DNA of 61,523 nucleotides, filler included, from Platydemus manokwari (GCA_037951405.1; 5 parts of 5 records of this genome joined end to end with filler, not necessarily neighbours in it), one strand, 5' to 3'. Positions 27,825 through 39,628 are shown, counted from the whole stretch's first letter. The notes: a model not told the origin generated them from the sequence alone. A program made the numbers and translations.

Positions 27825-29240
27825 ATATAATAAAGGTAACGAAGTTATTCCGGCAGTGGGAATTGGAGATTAGTATTAGGTGTTTAATGGGTTATTAGTT
27901 GTATCATACCATCAATTAATGATTAATATATCATAAAATCACCCCCCCCTTCATTTCAGTAACCATATCTATCCTTCTCCCTCACCCAGATCTATCTAAT
28001 ATTCATACGTTATCATTCATTGAATAAATATCTCTTGATAAAATAATAATCGAAATTAGCAACTATTTCCAATTTATCCAATATAAAATATTTCCCCCAT
28101 TTTATAGAAAAGCTATGTTTTTTGGACATAGCAGCAATAATTGGTATGTGTTGAAGACATTTATCCATCAACATCACAAAGTCAAATCAAATATTCGTCA
28201 ACAAATACCTTTGATCACTGGACCGGTGAATGGAAGCGTGAAATATCAATACTTCTACAATACCCATGATATTCTCGATAAAGGATTCTATGAAATACCA
28301 ATCGAGAGATATTTCCCTTCACAGAATCGAGTTCTGACAACCAATTATTTATTGGATTTTGATAAAAACCAGTAATTATTTATCTTCATTATATTTGTAA
28401 ATCATCTCTATCAACCATATCGTTTATATATCAATATATTATCATTTATACAAACATATACATATCATGACAACATGTATTGAATGAAATATCATTGTTT
28501 ATAGTAACCAGTTGATATCATTTTACCATACCAACAAACATTCATTGTTATTATTATTATTATTATTATTAGAAAATAAAGTCTTCATCATAGCTGGCAT
28601 TCGAAATAAACCAAACAATAATCTCTCATGTGTGTTTGGAAACAATAGAACATGTTTCCTTTTTATTTCATATAATCCAGCTGATATGTGGTTTTCATGG
28701 AGAAAATATTTCATTATATATTGGGATTAGAGTTTTTGTTAAAATACCAATCAAGCAAATTAATTTATCCCATTGATACCATATGATATCATTGACGATC
28801 TTTCTTTGCGTATATTATTGCCATTATTACATAAATTATGTTTTCAATTGATAATTTTCTTTTTCAATGAATTCATTATAACAATCCATTTTTTCATATT
28901 TTATATGATAACGATTTTCATTTGCTTGTATTCAAATGAGATCCATGGCATTGTTTCAGTTATGTCGAATAATAGATTCTCATCCATCTAAATCTCGATA
29001 TCCGGTTTAACCCATAAAGACATTTAATGGTTGTTTAGTTGGTAATGATAAAAGTGTTTTCCATTTTTGATTTTATTTAGCAAGGAATATTTAATGAAAA
29101 TAACCTATGCGATAACAATTCATTCAATTTTTTGTATTATATAATAAATATATTTGATCGGAAATCAATATCATATATTCATTCGATAATATTTGAATTT
29201 ATTTATCTGCCTAATAAAATTGAAATTTCGGATTTCAATA

Positions 29241-29400
29241 CAGGGTGACCCAAAAGTAGGTTTAGAGTTTGAAAATTCGGCACTAGAACAGCGGGAAATT
29301 CATTATATCTGTTAACATAAACAATTCAATCTCTCAGATGCTCAAAATATCCTCCTTCAAAATTTATTTATATTGGTATTACTAAGCAAATAACTTCAAC
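29241..29400 (-). mobile_element. Right end of a Tc1/mariner-superfamily element (maT/DD37D-like C-terminus)
   Basis: TA followed by a CAGGGTGACCCAAAAG terminus; the minus strand encodes INFEGGYFEHLRD*, the GGxFEHL transposase C-terminal motif. Confidence 0.7.
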
Positions 29401-29810
29401 GATATTGAAAATAGTTTAACAACTGTAAAAGCATAAAAGAAAAAATAAATCGTCAAACAAGACCTTGGAATTATTGATATCTTATTGGAGAATGATTTTC
29501 GATTTTTATTGAATTTGTTTATAAATTATGTGGCTCATAGGTATCGATATGTATAGAGAGAAAGAGATTTATGGAATATTATTTCAATTAATTTTGTCAA
29601 CTTTATTTTAGTATTATATTTTGTAATATTTGATTATATTTGACCACTTATGATTTTAAAAAAATAGAATCATTTGACTGGAAAAATATTATTCTGTTTC
29701 ATTGAGTACAATTCCATGTGATAGAAAATGTCAAGATATAAGTATATTGCAATGTAATGTATTATTATTAAATGGTATATGTTATTGTATTTGTTTACAC
29801 TGACAAATAG

Positions 29811-30271
29811 GTCAAATATAATTGTGCCAGTGACCATTGTGATGATTCAGCTATATATTTGCATTTGATTTTACAAATAAATATATGTATTATATTGATA
29901 TCGGTATGTCCGAAGGATATGCAAATATAGCAACGATCGAAATGAAGAAATGAATTCCTTTTTACCATTGGTTTTTCGGGGTTTTCACAATTTCATGAAT
30001 TGTTTTATATTTTATTCTGGAACTGATTGAAATTTGAATTATTTTTTTACTATTTGATATTGTACGAACTGATGTAATTCTCAATTTGTGATTCTAGGCT
30101 TAACACTTCGCTCATTTCGAAACATAGTGTCAACCAGAATAGAAATAATAATAACGTTTCCGAGCTCCCCAAATATCAAGAACGTGATTCTTTTCATATG
30201 CGATTCATAAGCATATTAGTTGCCGCAACATTTGTTATGGTTACTTACATTGCATATTTTCTCACAAAGCA
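29811..30271 (+). pseudogene. Possible decayed GPCR fragment (TM5, ICL3-TM6)
   Basis: Acceptor-bounded segments SNIIVPVTIVMIQLYICI* (TM5-like Pro) and ...YQERDSFHMRFISILVAATFVMVTYIAYFLTKQ followed by a GT donor. Confidence 0.3.
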
Positions 30272-30468
30272 GGTCATTTTCTATAATAATTTATATTGGC
30301 ATAATTATCAATCATATATATTGTACATTATCTTTTATTTGATTGAACTACATTTGCAAAAAACAAAATTATAAAATATAGTCATATATGAATATAATTT
30401 TGTCATTTGTATTTAGGTGATATATTTTATTATTATTATTATTAGTATTGTTATTATTGTTATTATTA

Positions 30469-30712
30469 TTAGGTGTATTAGTATGATTCCGGCTTTTTTT
30501 TTAAAAACAAAAACATTTTTTAAAATATTTATTTAATGANNNNNNNNNNNNNNNNNNNNNNNNNNNNNNNNNNNNNNNNNNNNTTAATTAATTAANNNNN
30601 NNNNNNNNNNNNNNNNNNNNNNNNNNNNNNNNNNNNNNNAATTAAATTTATTCATTGAAATACAAATTTTAACTCATTTTTGTAAAAGCCGGAATCATAC
30701 TAATACACCTAA
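30469..30712. mobile_element. Mariner-family element whose two TIRs flank a synthetic spacer
   Basis: TA|TTAGGTGTATTAGTATGATTCCGGCTTTT ... AAAAGCCGGAATCATACTAATACACCTAA|TA: perfect ~29-bp inverted repeat with TA at both ends. Confidence 0.85.
30540..30639. other. Synthetic contig-joining spacer
   Basis: N44-TTAATTAATTAA-N44. Confidence 0.97.
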
Positions 30713-31322
30713 TATTATACAACTAAACAACTTGATTTCTAATGAGTATATAAAAAATTTTGATTTAAAATTAATAAACATTCTCATAGCAATTAGCACA
30801 AATTTTTAATTTATTTTTTAATAGCAGCATTCTACAAATTAACTCAGTAATTATTTTTACAAAACAAATTTCCTGAAGATTTTGTGATATAGATTTTATT
30901 CTTTTATTAAATAACTTGATGTTGTTGCGCGTGATTTTATATATTTTAATGGCTCTGAGGGACTTCAACAACTGGTATGAGGACCAAGCTGTTCAAAGAA
31001 TGAGTTAATGTTAAATTAATAATTGAGTACAGAGAAAACTGAGTTGCTCTAGGCCTAGAAAAAACAATAACGCGGTTATAAAACCTTATTTAAATGACAC
31101 GTTACGAAATAATTGCTATCGTTTTTGATAGATAATTAATAAACACTTATAATCCCAATTCCGGTTGCAATATATTATGAACAAAGTTATGTAATAACTA
31201 ACAAAATCTGAATTTTGAAAATATTTATTTAGGAAAACAAAATGTAAAAATTAATATGCAAAAATAACAAAAAGGTTAGCCAAATATCCCCTACATCTCC
31301 TGAGCGATTAACAGGGAATCCG

Positions 31323-32099
31323 TGTAACGGACGAAGAGATTTAATTTCAAAAGCGGAGGAATTATTTAAATATACGTTTAAATAAATTATCAAACATGAA
31401 TAGTTAATTAAATTATTAAAAATGAGCGTTATATGAGTGAGAAACGGTAAAAACAAAACTCTCACTATTTCTTTGAATCCTCGAAAAAACAAAATTGATC
31501 CACGATTTCCGCAAGGGTCAAATTCGAATAGTCGCTCCAGAAAAATCTTTCGAAAGACGATTCACAATGACTTAGCTTATAGTTCCGAAAAAACTTCTGA
31601 TGATAGCTCCAGAAAATGCAATAATATATCCACACGATTCTAATATGCTATCTTCGTCCGTTAGAGGTTCTTGAAAATTAAATTGCGGCTATAATAACTT
31701 GTGTGTTCCACCGATGATCACCGGTGGTATTTATAGTTGCTGATCGTGTTTATTTTTCTCATGTAGATAAATCGGTGATTTTCTCGAGCATTTTTATTTA
31801 TTCTAATGAATTATTTTCATATGGTCTATTCCCTCATTTAATACATTTAACTGTCCGGTTTTTCTCACGATTTTTAACCTTCAATTTTTCTCATATTTAT
31901 TTTTAATTAACCAATTCTGCACTTTCATATTTTTAATTATTCTTCATATTTACTTATTTTATTATTAATTTTATCATTATTATATATTTTTTCTTTACTT
32001 ATTTTATTTTTTATATTAAAAATTCTATCATTATTAATATTATTATTCATTCATTTTGTCGAGAATATCCTCCACCTCTGCCCATCTCGTCCGTATACA
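31323..32099 (-). mobile_element. LTR-like retroelement remnant with TG...CA inverted termini
   Basis: Ends TGTAACGGACGA and TCGTCCGTATACA are inverted copies; minus-strand TATA (TATAAATA near 31730). No TSD found. Confidence 0.5.
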
Positions 32100-32117
32100 A
32101 TTACATAGTAAAATAAA

Positions 32118-32255
32118 ATATCAATAAAAATGACTCATAAAGTTACACCATCAACTGTTTATTGTCAAGCACTATTAAAAGCAATAACTATTAAAAGCAA
32201 TATAAGATATCAATAAAAATGAAATTGTTTATTGTCAAGCACTATTAAAAGCAAT
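32118..32255. repeat. Local tandem duplication
   Basis: TGTTTATTGTCAAGCACTATTAAAAGCAAT occurs twice (32156, 32226), each preceded by a copy of ATATCAATAAAAATGA. Confidence 0.8.
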
Positions 32256-35200
32256 GTTTCTAGTTAGGATCAGTTTATAGTTTTAGCACAAATTGGGACG
32301 AATTGATACTGAATTGATTGTTTTCCTTGAACGTTCTTCATGTTGAATCAGGCTCAGTCTATAATCAAGTTAATGGCAATGTTTATAGATGCTATTGTAT
32401 TATTTTTAGTTGTTGGGTTTTCATTGTATTATTTCATATGTTATATTGTGGATTGTGGGACTTTTGTGTTAATGTTGTGGGAATTGTTGTGTTGTGGGGG
32501 ATGCACCCAGCACGTTTTTTGCTATATGAACCAAACTGATAGTATGAAACTTCGATAGTTAAGCTTTCGAACTGATAAATTCAACTAAATTTTTAACTCG
32601 AGATTTGAGAGTGAAATGATCGTTTTCAAAGTCGATTTATATAGTCGTCGACGTAGGTACTTTGTACTTGCTGTCATTCACTAAATTTTACCATTTTCGA
32701 TATTTTGTACCGTAATTGTTATGGAATATTTTAAAACTCCTTTAAAAATTTTACTGGTTTTGTTTTTTAACATAAGAATTTACTAACTAGTCTTAATTTA
32801 TTCTATTTAATTTAATTCCATAAATTAATATAGTATTTATAAATAATAATAACTATTGTTATATATCACTTGATGTCGTTTATGTATATTGATTAAAACC
32901 AAAATCATACAAATGATCACAAATAATAAAAGCCTGAGTTAAATAGTGACAACTAGTTATAAAAGACTGAATAGAATCACATTTGTTTTGATCAAAAATG
33001 CTTAAATGGAACATATTATATTGGATTGGATTGGATTGGGAATTAAAATTCGAAGATTATCAGTTTTGAACATCAGCTGACTTCAGTGTTGTTAGTGGCC
33101 GCTACTTCACTTGTTACTGGTGTTTCATCAAAAGAACTCATGACTAGGATTTTCTCAAATTTATTTAATAAAACAAATAAACATTATTCAAACAAATTTT
33201 GGAAAGCTTTATCATTTAATATTTATCTTGATCAAGGTTTTATATAAATATTTATTTTAAAAATTTTACTTATAAAATTTTAAAACATTTTAAAACTTTT
33301 TAAATTCTTTTAAAATACTTTATATAAAAATATTAAATTTTAAAATATTTTAAAAGTTGTTATTTTTAATTATTTTAATTAAACCTCACAAGTGTGATGT
33401 TGACTTTGAGTATCTAAGTCAACACTCCAGTTTTCCTAATCCCAAGTCTTTTTACTTTCTTCCCAGCCGTTTTTTGATACTGGGCCACTGTTGAAAAGTA
33501 TTTTAGGCTTGACTTTCATTATCTGTTGTTTTATCAGACTGCACTTCTTTGATGTAATTGATGTCTTGCCAGTTTTGAATCGGTGTTTTTCTGTTTCCAT
33601 GCACCATATGAGCTAACGATGATGAGCTAACTATCTGATTAGAGTACCAGTCTATCTATATTTTCCCAACAATAGTCAATAAAAGATTAGATGAACCTGT
33701 GCGATCCGGAATACTGAAATGAACGAATTTATTCATATTAAAATCGTATATAATTAACAAGTGCTGAGATTTGATACTAGAGTAAACTGCGACTTACGTC
33801 ATAAGTGCTTTACACTTTATAGTCGCGTTTTTATATTAACATAAGCGAACGTCAGCTTATTTGATTTAAGAAGATTATTTATTGTTATTTCTCAATGGTT
33901 TATGAAAATATAAACATTTTATCATAAATTCATCACGATTTTAGTTAACCAAAATATAACAGAATCAATTTTCTGCCATTTAATTCTGATGTTATTACAA
34001 TTTTAATATCAGTACTTTTAGAATAATTAATGGCTTTTTAAGGGCCATGATTATAAACTTATACATTTATAATAATGATTTACTTTTCATTGAGAAAATG
34101 TTATACATTTGCAATTCAATTTCGTGTTATATTTTTAATTATCACATCAAAATGTCCGAAATCTATATTTTTGGAAAGACAAGAATGATAAATTAGCAGG
34201 CAGGATCACACTTTCTGGATAAAAAATAAAATATCTTAATATTTATAACAAAATAATCGAAGTCATCCGGTACATGCGCATCTCTTCAAGTCAGCAATAT
34301 TTGCCTTTTATATTCAATGACTGGTTTGAATTGTTAATAACATCATAACCTATTTATCAGTAGTTTACAAGCAACCTTAAATTTGAAAGGAATCAGATTA
34401 TTGATGAGAACATCATCATAATGTAATTCAGCAATTGTAGATTTACTCAAATTAAAACCCGATCATCAAACAACATCAAGAATTGTTTAATTCAATATTC
34501 TGTTTCCGAGAGCCTAGACACTGTAATCACAATTCAATACATTTTATACATTAAAATTATTGATTATTGCAGGAGTCTTCATACATTTTATATGTGCTGA
34601 AATTAGTTTTCAATAATCACCAAATGTAAATATAAGCGACAAGAATATGTTTGATGAGTTCTTCACTGAGGAAGATGAAAATCCTTCTGATTTAATCATG
34701 TTATCAATAATAGAAAAGCAGTGAATGGCCAAAACATAAATATTGACATCAATGAAATAGTCAGTTAAAATAACAGAAACACCAAGGTGAACAACATCTC
34801 ATAACATCAGAGTCTCATTTATTTATAAATCGCACTTGTGTAACACCACTGTTGATACAAATATTTCATCTTATTTATGTATAATAGGATTATTTTATAA
34901 AATTATTGTAAAATTATTCGATACACATTTTTTTTATCAATAAAAGGCTAGAAATATATATTTGTTTTCATTTCCACAGAATGGACTAGCACATGACAAA
35001 TATTCGCACAGAATTACGAGATGAAGTTGGTCAAGATTTACAAGCAATTGGCATAAAGAGTTGTCTTTCGATTTAAATAGGTTGTTTTAATCTTTCATCT
35101 TCACTGAAGTATTTTCTACTGAAATACAAAATAATTCACAATAAAACAATATAATTTCTAAATAAGATATAGATATATAATATGATATAATATGATATTT

Positions 35201-35306
35201 TAAAATTATAAAGGAATCACAATATATTTGTAAAATCACCCATAAAACTCCATAAAAAGTCTGAAATAATTAAAAGGAGATATTTTATCTCTTAATTCAT
35301 ATACAG

Positions 35307-35411
35307 TAGGGGTGGCCAACCGGTCGATCTTGAAGCCAATTTTAGTCTATCGCGTGAGATGTTATTCAAATGACAAGTCGATCTTACGTACACAAAAGTT
35401 GGCCACCTCTG
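35307..35411. mobile_element. 105-bp hAT-type MITE, copy 2
   Basis: Same length as 3237-3341 with about 4 substitutions; the TSD is not recognisable. Confidence 0.88.
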
Positions 35412-36757
35412 ACTTAGAATATCAAAAAAGATTTATTTATTATTATTATCAACTTATTTAAAATTGGAATCATTATTAATAAATAGTAGAATTTTTCATT
35501 CATAACTGTTACTATTTCTATCTGGCACTAAATGGCTACTGACAAATACCATTATAATGCCAATTCTTCAATTTTATTGCAATTCAACTGGATAGAAAAT
35601 AAAACAAACAATTGTTCCATTGTTCATTTGTTTTCAGACAATCATTATTACAGATTGAAACAACCACTTCAAATAACCAAAACTATTAACCAATACAAAT
35701 TTAATTGCTGTTTCATTTAATCGTCCGTGATTGGTAACAATATTCCATAAAATATGATCCAAACACAAATGTCGATATGAGATTGTGTTCTCTTATCAAT
35801 CACATTCTTCCCATTGAACTTATATTTTACTATTTCAATCACAAACGTTTTTATCAAATTTTCAAAGGATTTTGAACATGAAAGAGATTTGTATTGGATT
35901 ACTACTGGATTAATAAATTTAAATTTATAAATTTAAATATTCTAACCATTTATGAATTGAAAAACAAATAAATTCTAGAGTTGTGAATCTAAAAACACGG
36001 TATTTGAAAATTTTCCTTCTTTAATAATTATTATTCATATATCGATCATCTTTTTCTTTTTATTTAATCGAAAGAAACTGATAAAACAAAAGCTTTATCA
36101 CGAAGAACCGGACAGTAGAAAAGTCTTTATTTAATTCGTTTTTCTTTCAATCATATTTAAGAAGTATTTACAGATAAATAATCAGTAAAAGAGGTTCTGC
36201 ACTCCACAGTGGCACATTAATCTCATATGGCCCAATAATAATGCAGAATATTTGATATCAACACTGTATCAATTCATCACTTCGACAAATGAAAAAAAAA
36301 TTGGAAACCCTACCCCCCTCTCAATGGTTATAATCAAAGTACAATCATCTCATAGAATCTACAATACAATAATTTAAAAATCCATTTTTAATTTGTAATT
36401 TAATTAACTTTAGATTTAAAAAAAAATCAAAGAGGAAAACACGATTTTATATACTAAGCATTAGCAATGGCACGTGTTTTATTTGTGATCTATGAGAGAT
36501 CAATTTGACATTATTCAACCGGCATTTAACACTATTAGAGTAGTGTGATAATCTAAGCATACTCTACAATCATAATACAATAAGTAATCCATAAATAAAC
36601 AGTTGTATCAGCAATGTTATAAAAAATGTTGACCAAGATGAGAAATAGCTCTGCCAAATCCAATTCTTGCTTTGTGCGTAAATAATTTCGTTTTATTTGT
36701 ATCAAAATCACATCGGTCACAATTCGTGAAACCAACAATCAATCATGATTATGAGAA

Positions 36758-36786
36758 GGGTGGGGAGGTGTGGGGGGAGAGTGGGG
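36758..36786 (+). promoter_or_regulatory. G-quadruplex-forming motif (C-rich element in the presumed 3' UTR of the minus-strand gene)
   Basis: GGG-T-GGGG-AGGTGT-GGGGGG-AGAGT-GGGG: four G-runs of 3 or more with loops of 1, 6 and 5 nt, ~87 nt past the stop at 36873. The function is inferred. Confidence 0.5.
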
Positions 36787-36872
36787 CACGAGGAGAGGTT
36801 TGGTTAAGGAATGTATGGATAGGACGAGAATAAATGTTGAATTTCAATTTCGTTTTGTTATTGTATAAAAAT

Positions 36873-39302
36873 TTATTTAATTAATTTCGCGTTCTCAATT
36901 CGATCGAAATGCGAAATTTGAAACGTTTTCACCAATTCCGCGTTGATCGTCACACCAGAACGACCTTCAGCGGTAATCAAATAATCACTGGTTTCGAATA
37001 TTAACTGGCAGTTATCGGATAATTTGGAATCGTTTTCAGATTGACTTCCCGGTTGATTGGCTGGTTTAAAGACCATTGACATGTGTCCAGTAGTGAGAAT
37101 ATCCTGACCGTCAAACATAATAATCAATGCACCGTCAGCGGGATTTCTGAGCCGTGAATTAATAGATTGTATAATATCCATATCTCTATTAATGTCACTA
37201 ATACGATTCGCTGAGTCTTTCATCTGACTGGACGATCTGTTGATTCCATTCACATAACGGCCATTAGGTGTCTCAATAGACGAATGAGATAACACAATAT
37301 TTTTACTGACTCCAGAAACAGGTTGGACATTAATTTGCTCTTCTGCACAAGTGATTTTTTCCATTTTTACAGGAGGTATCTCATTTTTACTAACCATTGA
37401 ATTTTTCATCGATTGAAACTTCATTTCCTTTACTTGAATATGACTAACATTCTTCAACCCATCCGGAACAACACTGGAGCCAATATCTACAATCTTGTCA
37501 GTATTGCTAAAGGATTTCTTGAAACTGAATCTTGGTTCAGTATCGATATTGTGAATCTGTTCCGGAACTACAGGTACCATTGATTGACTGGTACTTTGAA
37601 TAGGAACTGCCTGATCTTTGGCAATGTAAACCCAATCATCGATTTCCACAATACTAGGTGCTTTGGGATCCACTGATTCCATATATTTAACTCCGCCATC
37701 TTCATTTTGATTTTTATTAATAACCATATTACTTGATATTGTTATGCGTGGTGCACTATTGGTGGCATGTTGTTCATTGACACCTTTACTTATTTCGTAT
37801 GTATTAATAATTTGTGTATGAGGATCCTCCATCGATATTATCTTACCGATGAAATGTGTTATATCATTGCTTGAAGTGTATGAATATTGACGTTTAGAGA
37901 TGGCATAGTCTCTTTGCGGCATTAGATTATCAGTAAATTCTGACATATCCTTATTTCGGTCGTGCCTTACTGATAAGCTTGGATCATTCAAATGGGATAT
38001 AGTTTTACTATGGCTCAGAGATGTAGTCAAGCTATCGACTGAATGAAGAGACGAATTAGCCCTTCCTATTTCATTTTTATGACGTTTCACTTGAAAATTA
38101 TTAGCGATCGTCGGAGATTTAATATTTTGTAAGTGATTATCCTCCCTAGGAGACATATTTTCTCCAGCATATTTGCAAGGAACATTTGTTTGTACGAGAT
38201 CTTGATTTCTATTAATTAAACTTGATTGTTTTTCACCTATATGAGTTTCATGATCCTGAAATCTCAAATGTGCTTTTTTCATATCTTTCTCATTAAGAGT
38301 ATCAACATTTAAAGGAGAGGTACGTGGTTGAACCATTTCGTTAAGTGGTGAATGGACTTGAGAGTTTTTATTTATAGAATTCTTGTTTGATTTTTGATTT
38401 TTATGGAGTTTACTTGGATCATCTTTCGCGACCTCGCCACCCCTGAAATTACATTGCAGTAAAGACTCTTCACCGGGTGCAATTCTATTGGTATAAGTTT
38501 GAGATCCTTTAGCTTCCACATTGGTATTACTACAAGATGATTTCACTGTAACATTTTCAGGAATGGAACCATATTTAACTGGACTTAGTGAATCTGACAA
38601 CGTTCCCATAGGGCCAAATAATTTATTTTTATGCACTTTTGCTTCATCGAGTTCAAGATGTGCAGACAAAAGTTTCTCATAAGACTTGGTTACATTCCTA
38701 GATGCATAGGTAGGTGGTAATGACGGCTGAGTTGTAGTTTCACATAACAATGTAGAAAAATAACGACCTTTTCGTTGGGCATTAGAAACCTTCCATGGTG
38801 CTTGTTCCAATGCCCGTCTATCATCTATTTCGAATGGGCTTTTGACAACAAGACCTTGACAAGATGACATAGTAGATCCAGACCTAGCTACTTGTTTGGT
38901 TCCAGGAGAATTATCGGGAATTTGAATGTCATTTGTAAATATTGTTACATTTGCTCGACGTGAATATTCTTTCCTTTGATGGAAAATCGGAAAATGTCTT
39001 TCTAATAAAAGCAAACACTGATTCAGTGATGCTTCATCTGGACCGGTGATTTTAATGATAGCATATTTAATCCACCGATACAGATTAACTCTCTTGTTGA
39101 GAATTCGTGGAGTGACTTCAATGTGACAATTGGTCTTTTTAGTAACGGCGCGAGTTCGAGAATCGTGTATAATTGATCCAAATCCGAGATCATTTATACC
39201 GATGATATATTCAACACAAATTCCTTCTTTGAATAGCTTAAACTCATTGGAATGATTATCACCAGAAATAACTGTATTGTAATCTTTAGATACTCGAGAC
39301 AT
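36873..39302 (-). CDS. Intronless ~810-aa protein: degenerate KH-like N-terminal domain, long S/N/Q-rich disordered region, beta-rich C-terminal domain
   Basis: A 2.4-kb uninterrupted ORF is not expected by chance at this AT content. The likely start is the ATG at 39302 (MSRVSKDY); an upstream exon cannot be excluded because a spacer follows. GFGSIIHDSRTRAVTKKTNCHIEV...IIKITGPDEASLNQCLLLL follows the KH pattern (G.IIG..G..I..I...T...I.I...ITG....V..A..LI) but lacks GxxG. Confidence 0.88.
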   Translation of the reverse strand: MSRVSKDYNTVISGDNHSNEFKLFKEGICVEYIIGINDLGFGSIIHDSRTRAVTKKTNCHIEVTPRILNKRVNLYRWIKYAIIKITGPDEASLNQCLLLLERHFPIFHQRKEYSRRANVTIFTNDIQIPDNSPGTKQVARSGSTMSSCQGLVVKSPFEIDDRRALEQAPWKVSNAQRKGRYFSTLLCETTTQPSLPPTYASRNVTKSYEKLLSAHLELDEAKVHKNKLFGPMGTLSDSLSPVKYGSIPENVTVKSSCSNTNVEAKGSQTYTNRIAPGEESLLQCNFRGGEVAKDDPSKLHKNQKSNKNSINKNSQVHSPLNEMVQPRTSPLNVDTLNEKDMKKAHLRFQDHETHIGEKQSSLINRNQDLVQTNVPCKYAGENMSPREDNHLQNIKSPTIANNFQVKRHKNEIGRANSSLHSVDSLTTSLSHSKTISHLNDPSLSVRHDRNKDMSEFTDNLMPQRDYAISKRQYSYTSSNDITHFIGKIISMEDPHTQIINTYEISKGVNEQHATNSAPRITISSNMVINKNQNEDGGVKYMESVDPKAPSIVEIDDWVYIAKDQAVPIQSTSQSMVPVVPEQIHNIDTEPRFSFKKSFSNTDKIVDIGSSVVPDGLKNVSHIQVKEMKFQSMKNSMVSKNEIPPVKMEKITCAEEQINVQPVSGVSKNIVLSHSSIETPNGRYVNGINRSSSQMKDSANRISDINRDMDIIQSINSRLRNPADGALIIMFDGQDILTTGHMSMVFKPANQPGSQSENDSKLSDNCQLIFETSDYLITAEGRSGVTINAELVKTFQISHFDRIENAKLIK

Positions 39303-39382
39303 GCGATGAATAAAATAAATTAATTTGATCAATAATATTGGTTCGGTAATCGATAAATATATATACATCTCATATATATATA

Positions 39383-39482
39383 NNNNNNNNNNNNNNNNNN
39401 NNNNNNNNNNNNNNNNNNNNNNNNNNTTAATTAATTAANNNNNNNNNNNNNNNNNNNNNNNNNNNNNNNNNNNNNNNNNNNN
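39383..39482. other. Synthetic contig-joining spacer
   Basis: N44-TTAATTAATTAA-N44. Confidence 0.97.
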
Positions 39483-39483
39483 A

Positions 39484-39628
39484 GCATGGACAGTTGATAC
39501 AAAAACAATAAAATATCTGGAGGCCACAGAGATGTAGTTCTATCATAGGATGCTGAAAATTTCATGCACAGTTAAAAGAAGTAATGAAAAAGTTTTGCTT
39601 GATGTCAATTCAAAACCAAAACTTTATA
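39484..39628 (+). mobile_element. RTE-clade LINE fragment (post-RT region)
   Basis: AWTVDTKTIKYLEATEM*FYHRMLKISCTVKRSNEKVL fits the RTE motif (E.WT....KLEAFEMW.YRRML.ISWT....NEEVL). Confidence 0.8.

Noticed and set aside
5815-29480. TGA-as-Trp recoding, suggested by AATTATTGATAT (NY*Y) near both GPCR-like relics
   Set aside because: An AT-rich 12-mer match is expected by chance here; intact genes use TGG for Trp and PBRM1 ends in TGA.
31658-31680. CCGTTAGAGGTTCTT resembling a flatworm spliced-leader start
   Set aside because: Short, imperfect match with no terminal ATG/GT donor or Sm site; explained by the element's inverted motif.
32318-32558. Two overlapping hydrophobic Cys-rich small ORFs
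   Set aside because: They arise from TG/TTG-rich low-complexity sequence; no family resemblance.
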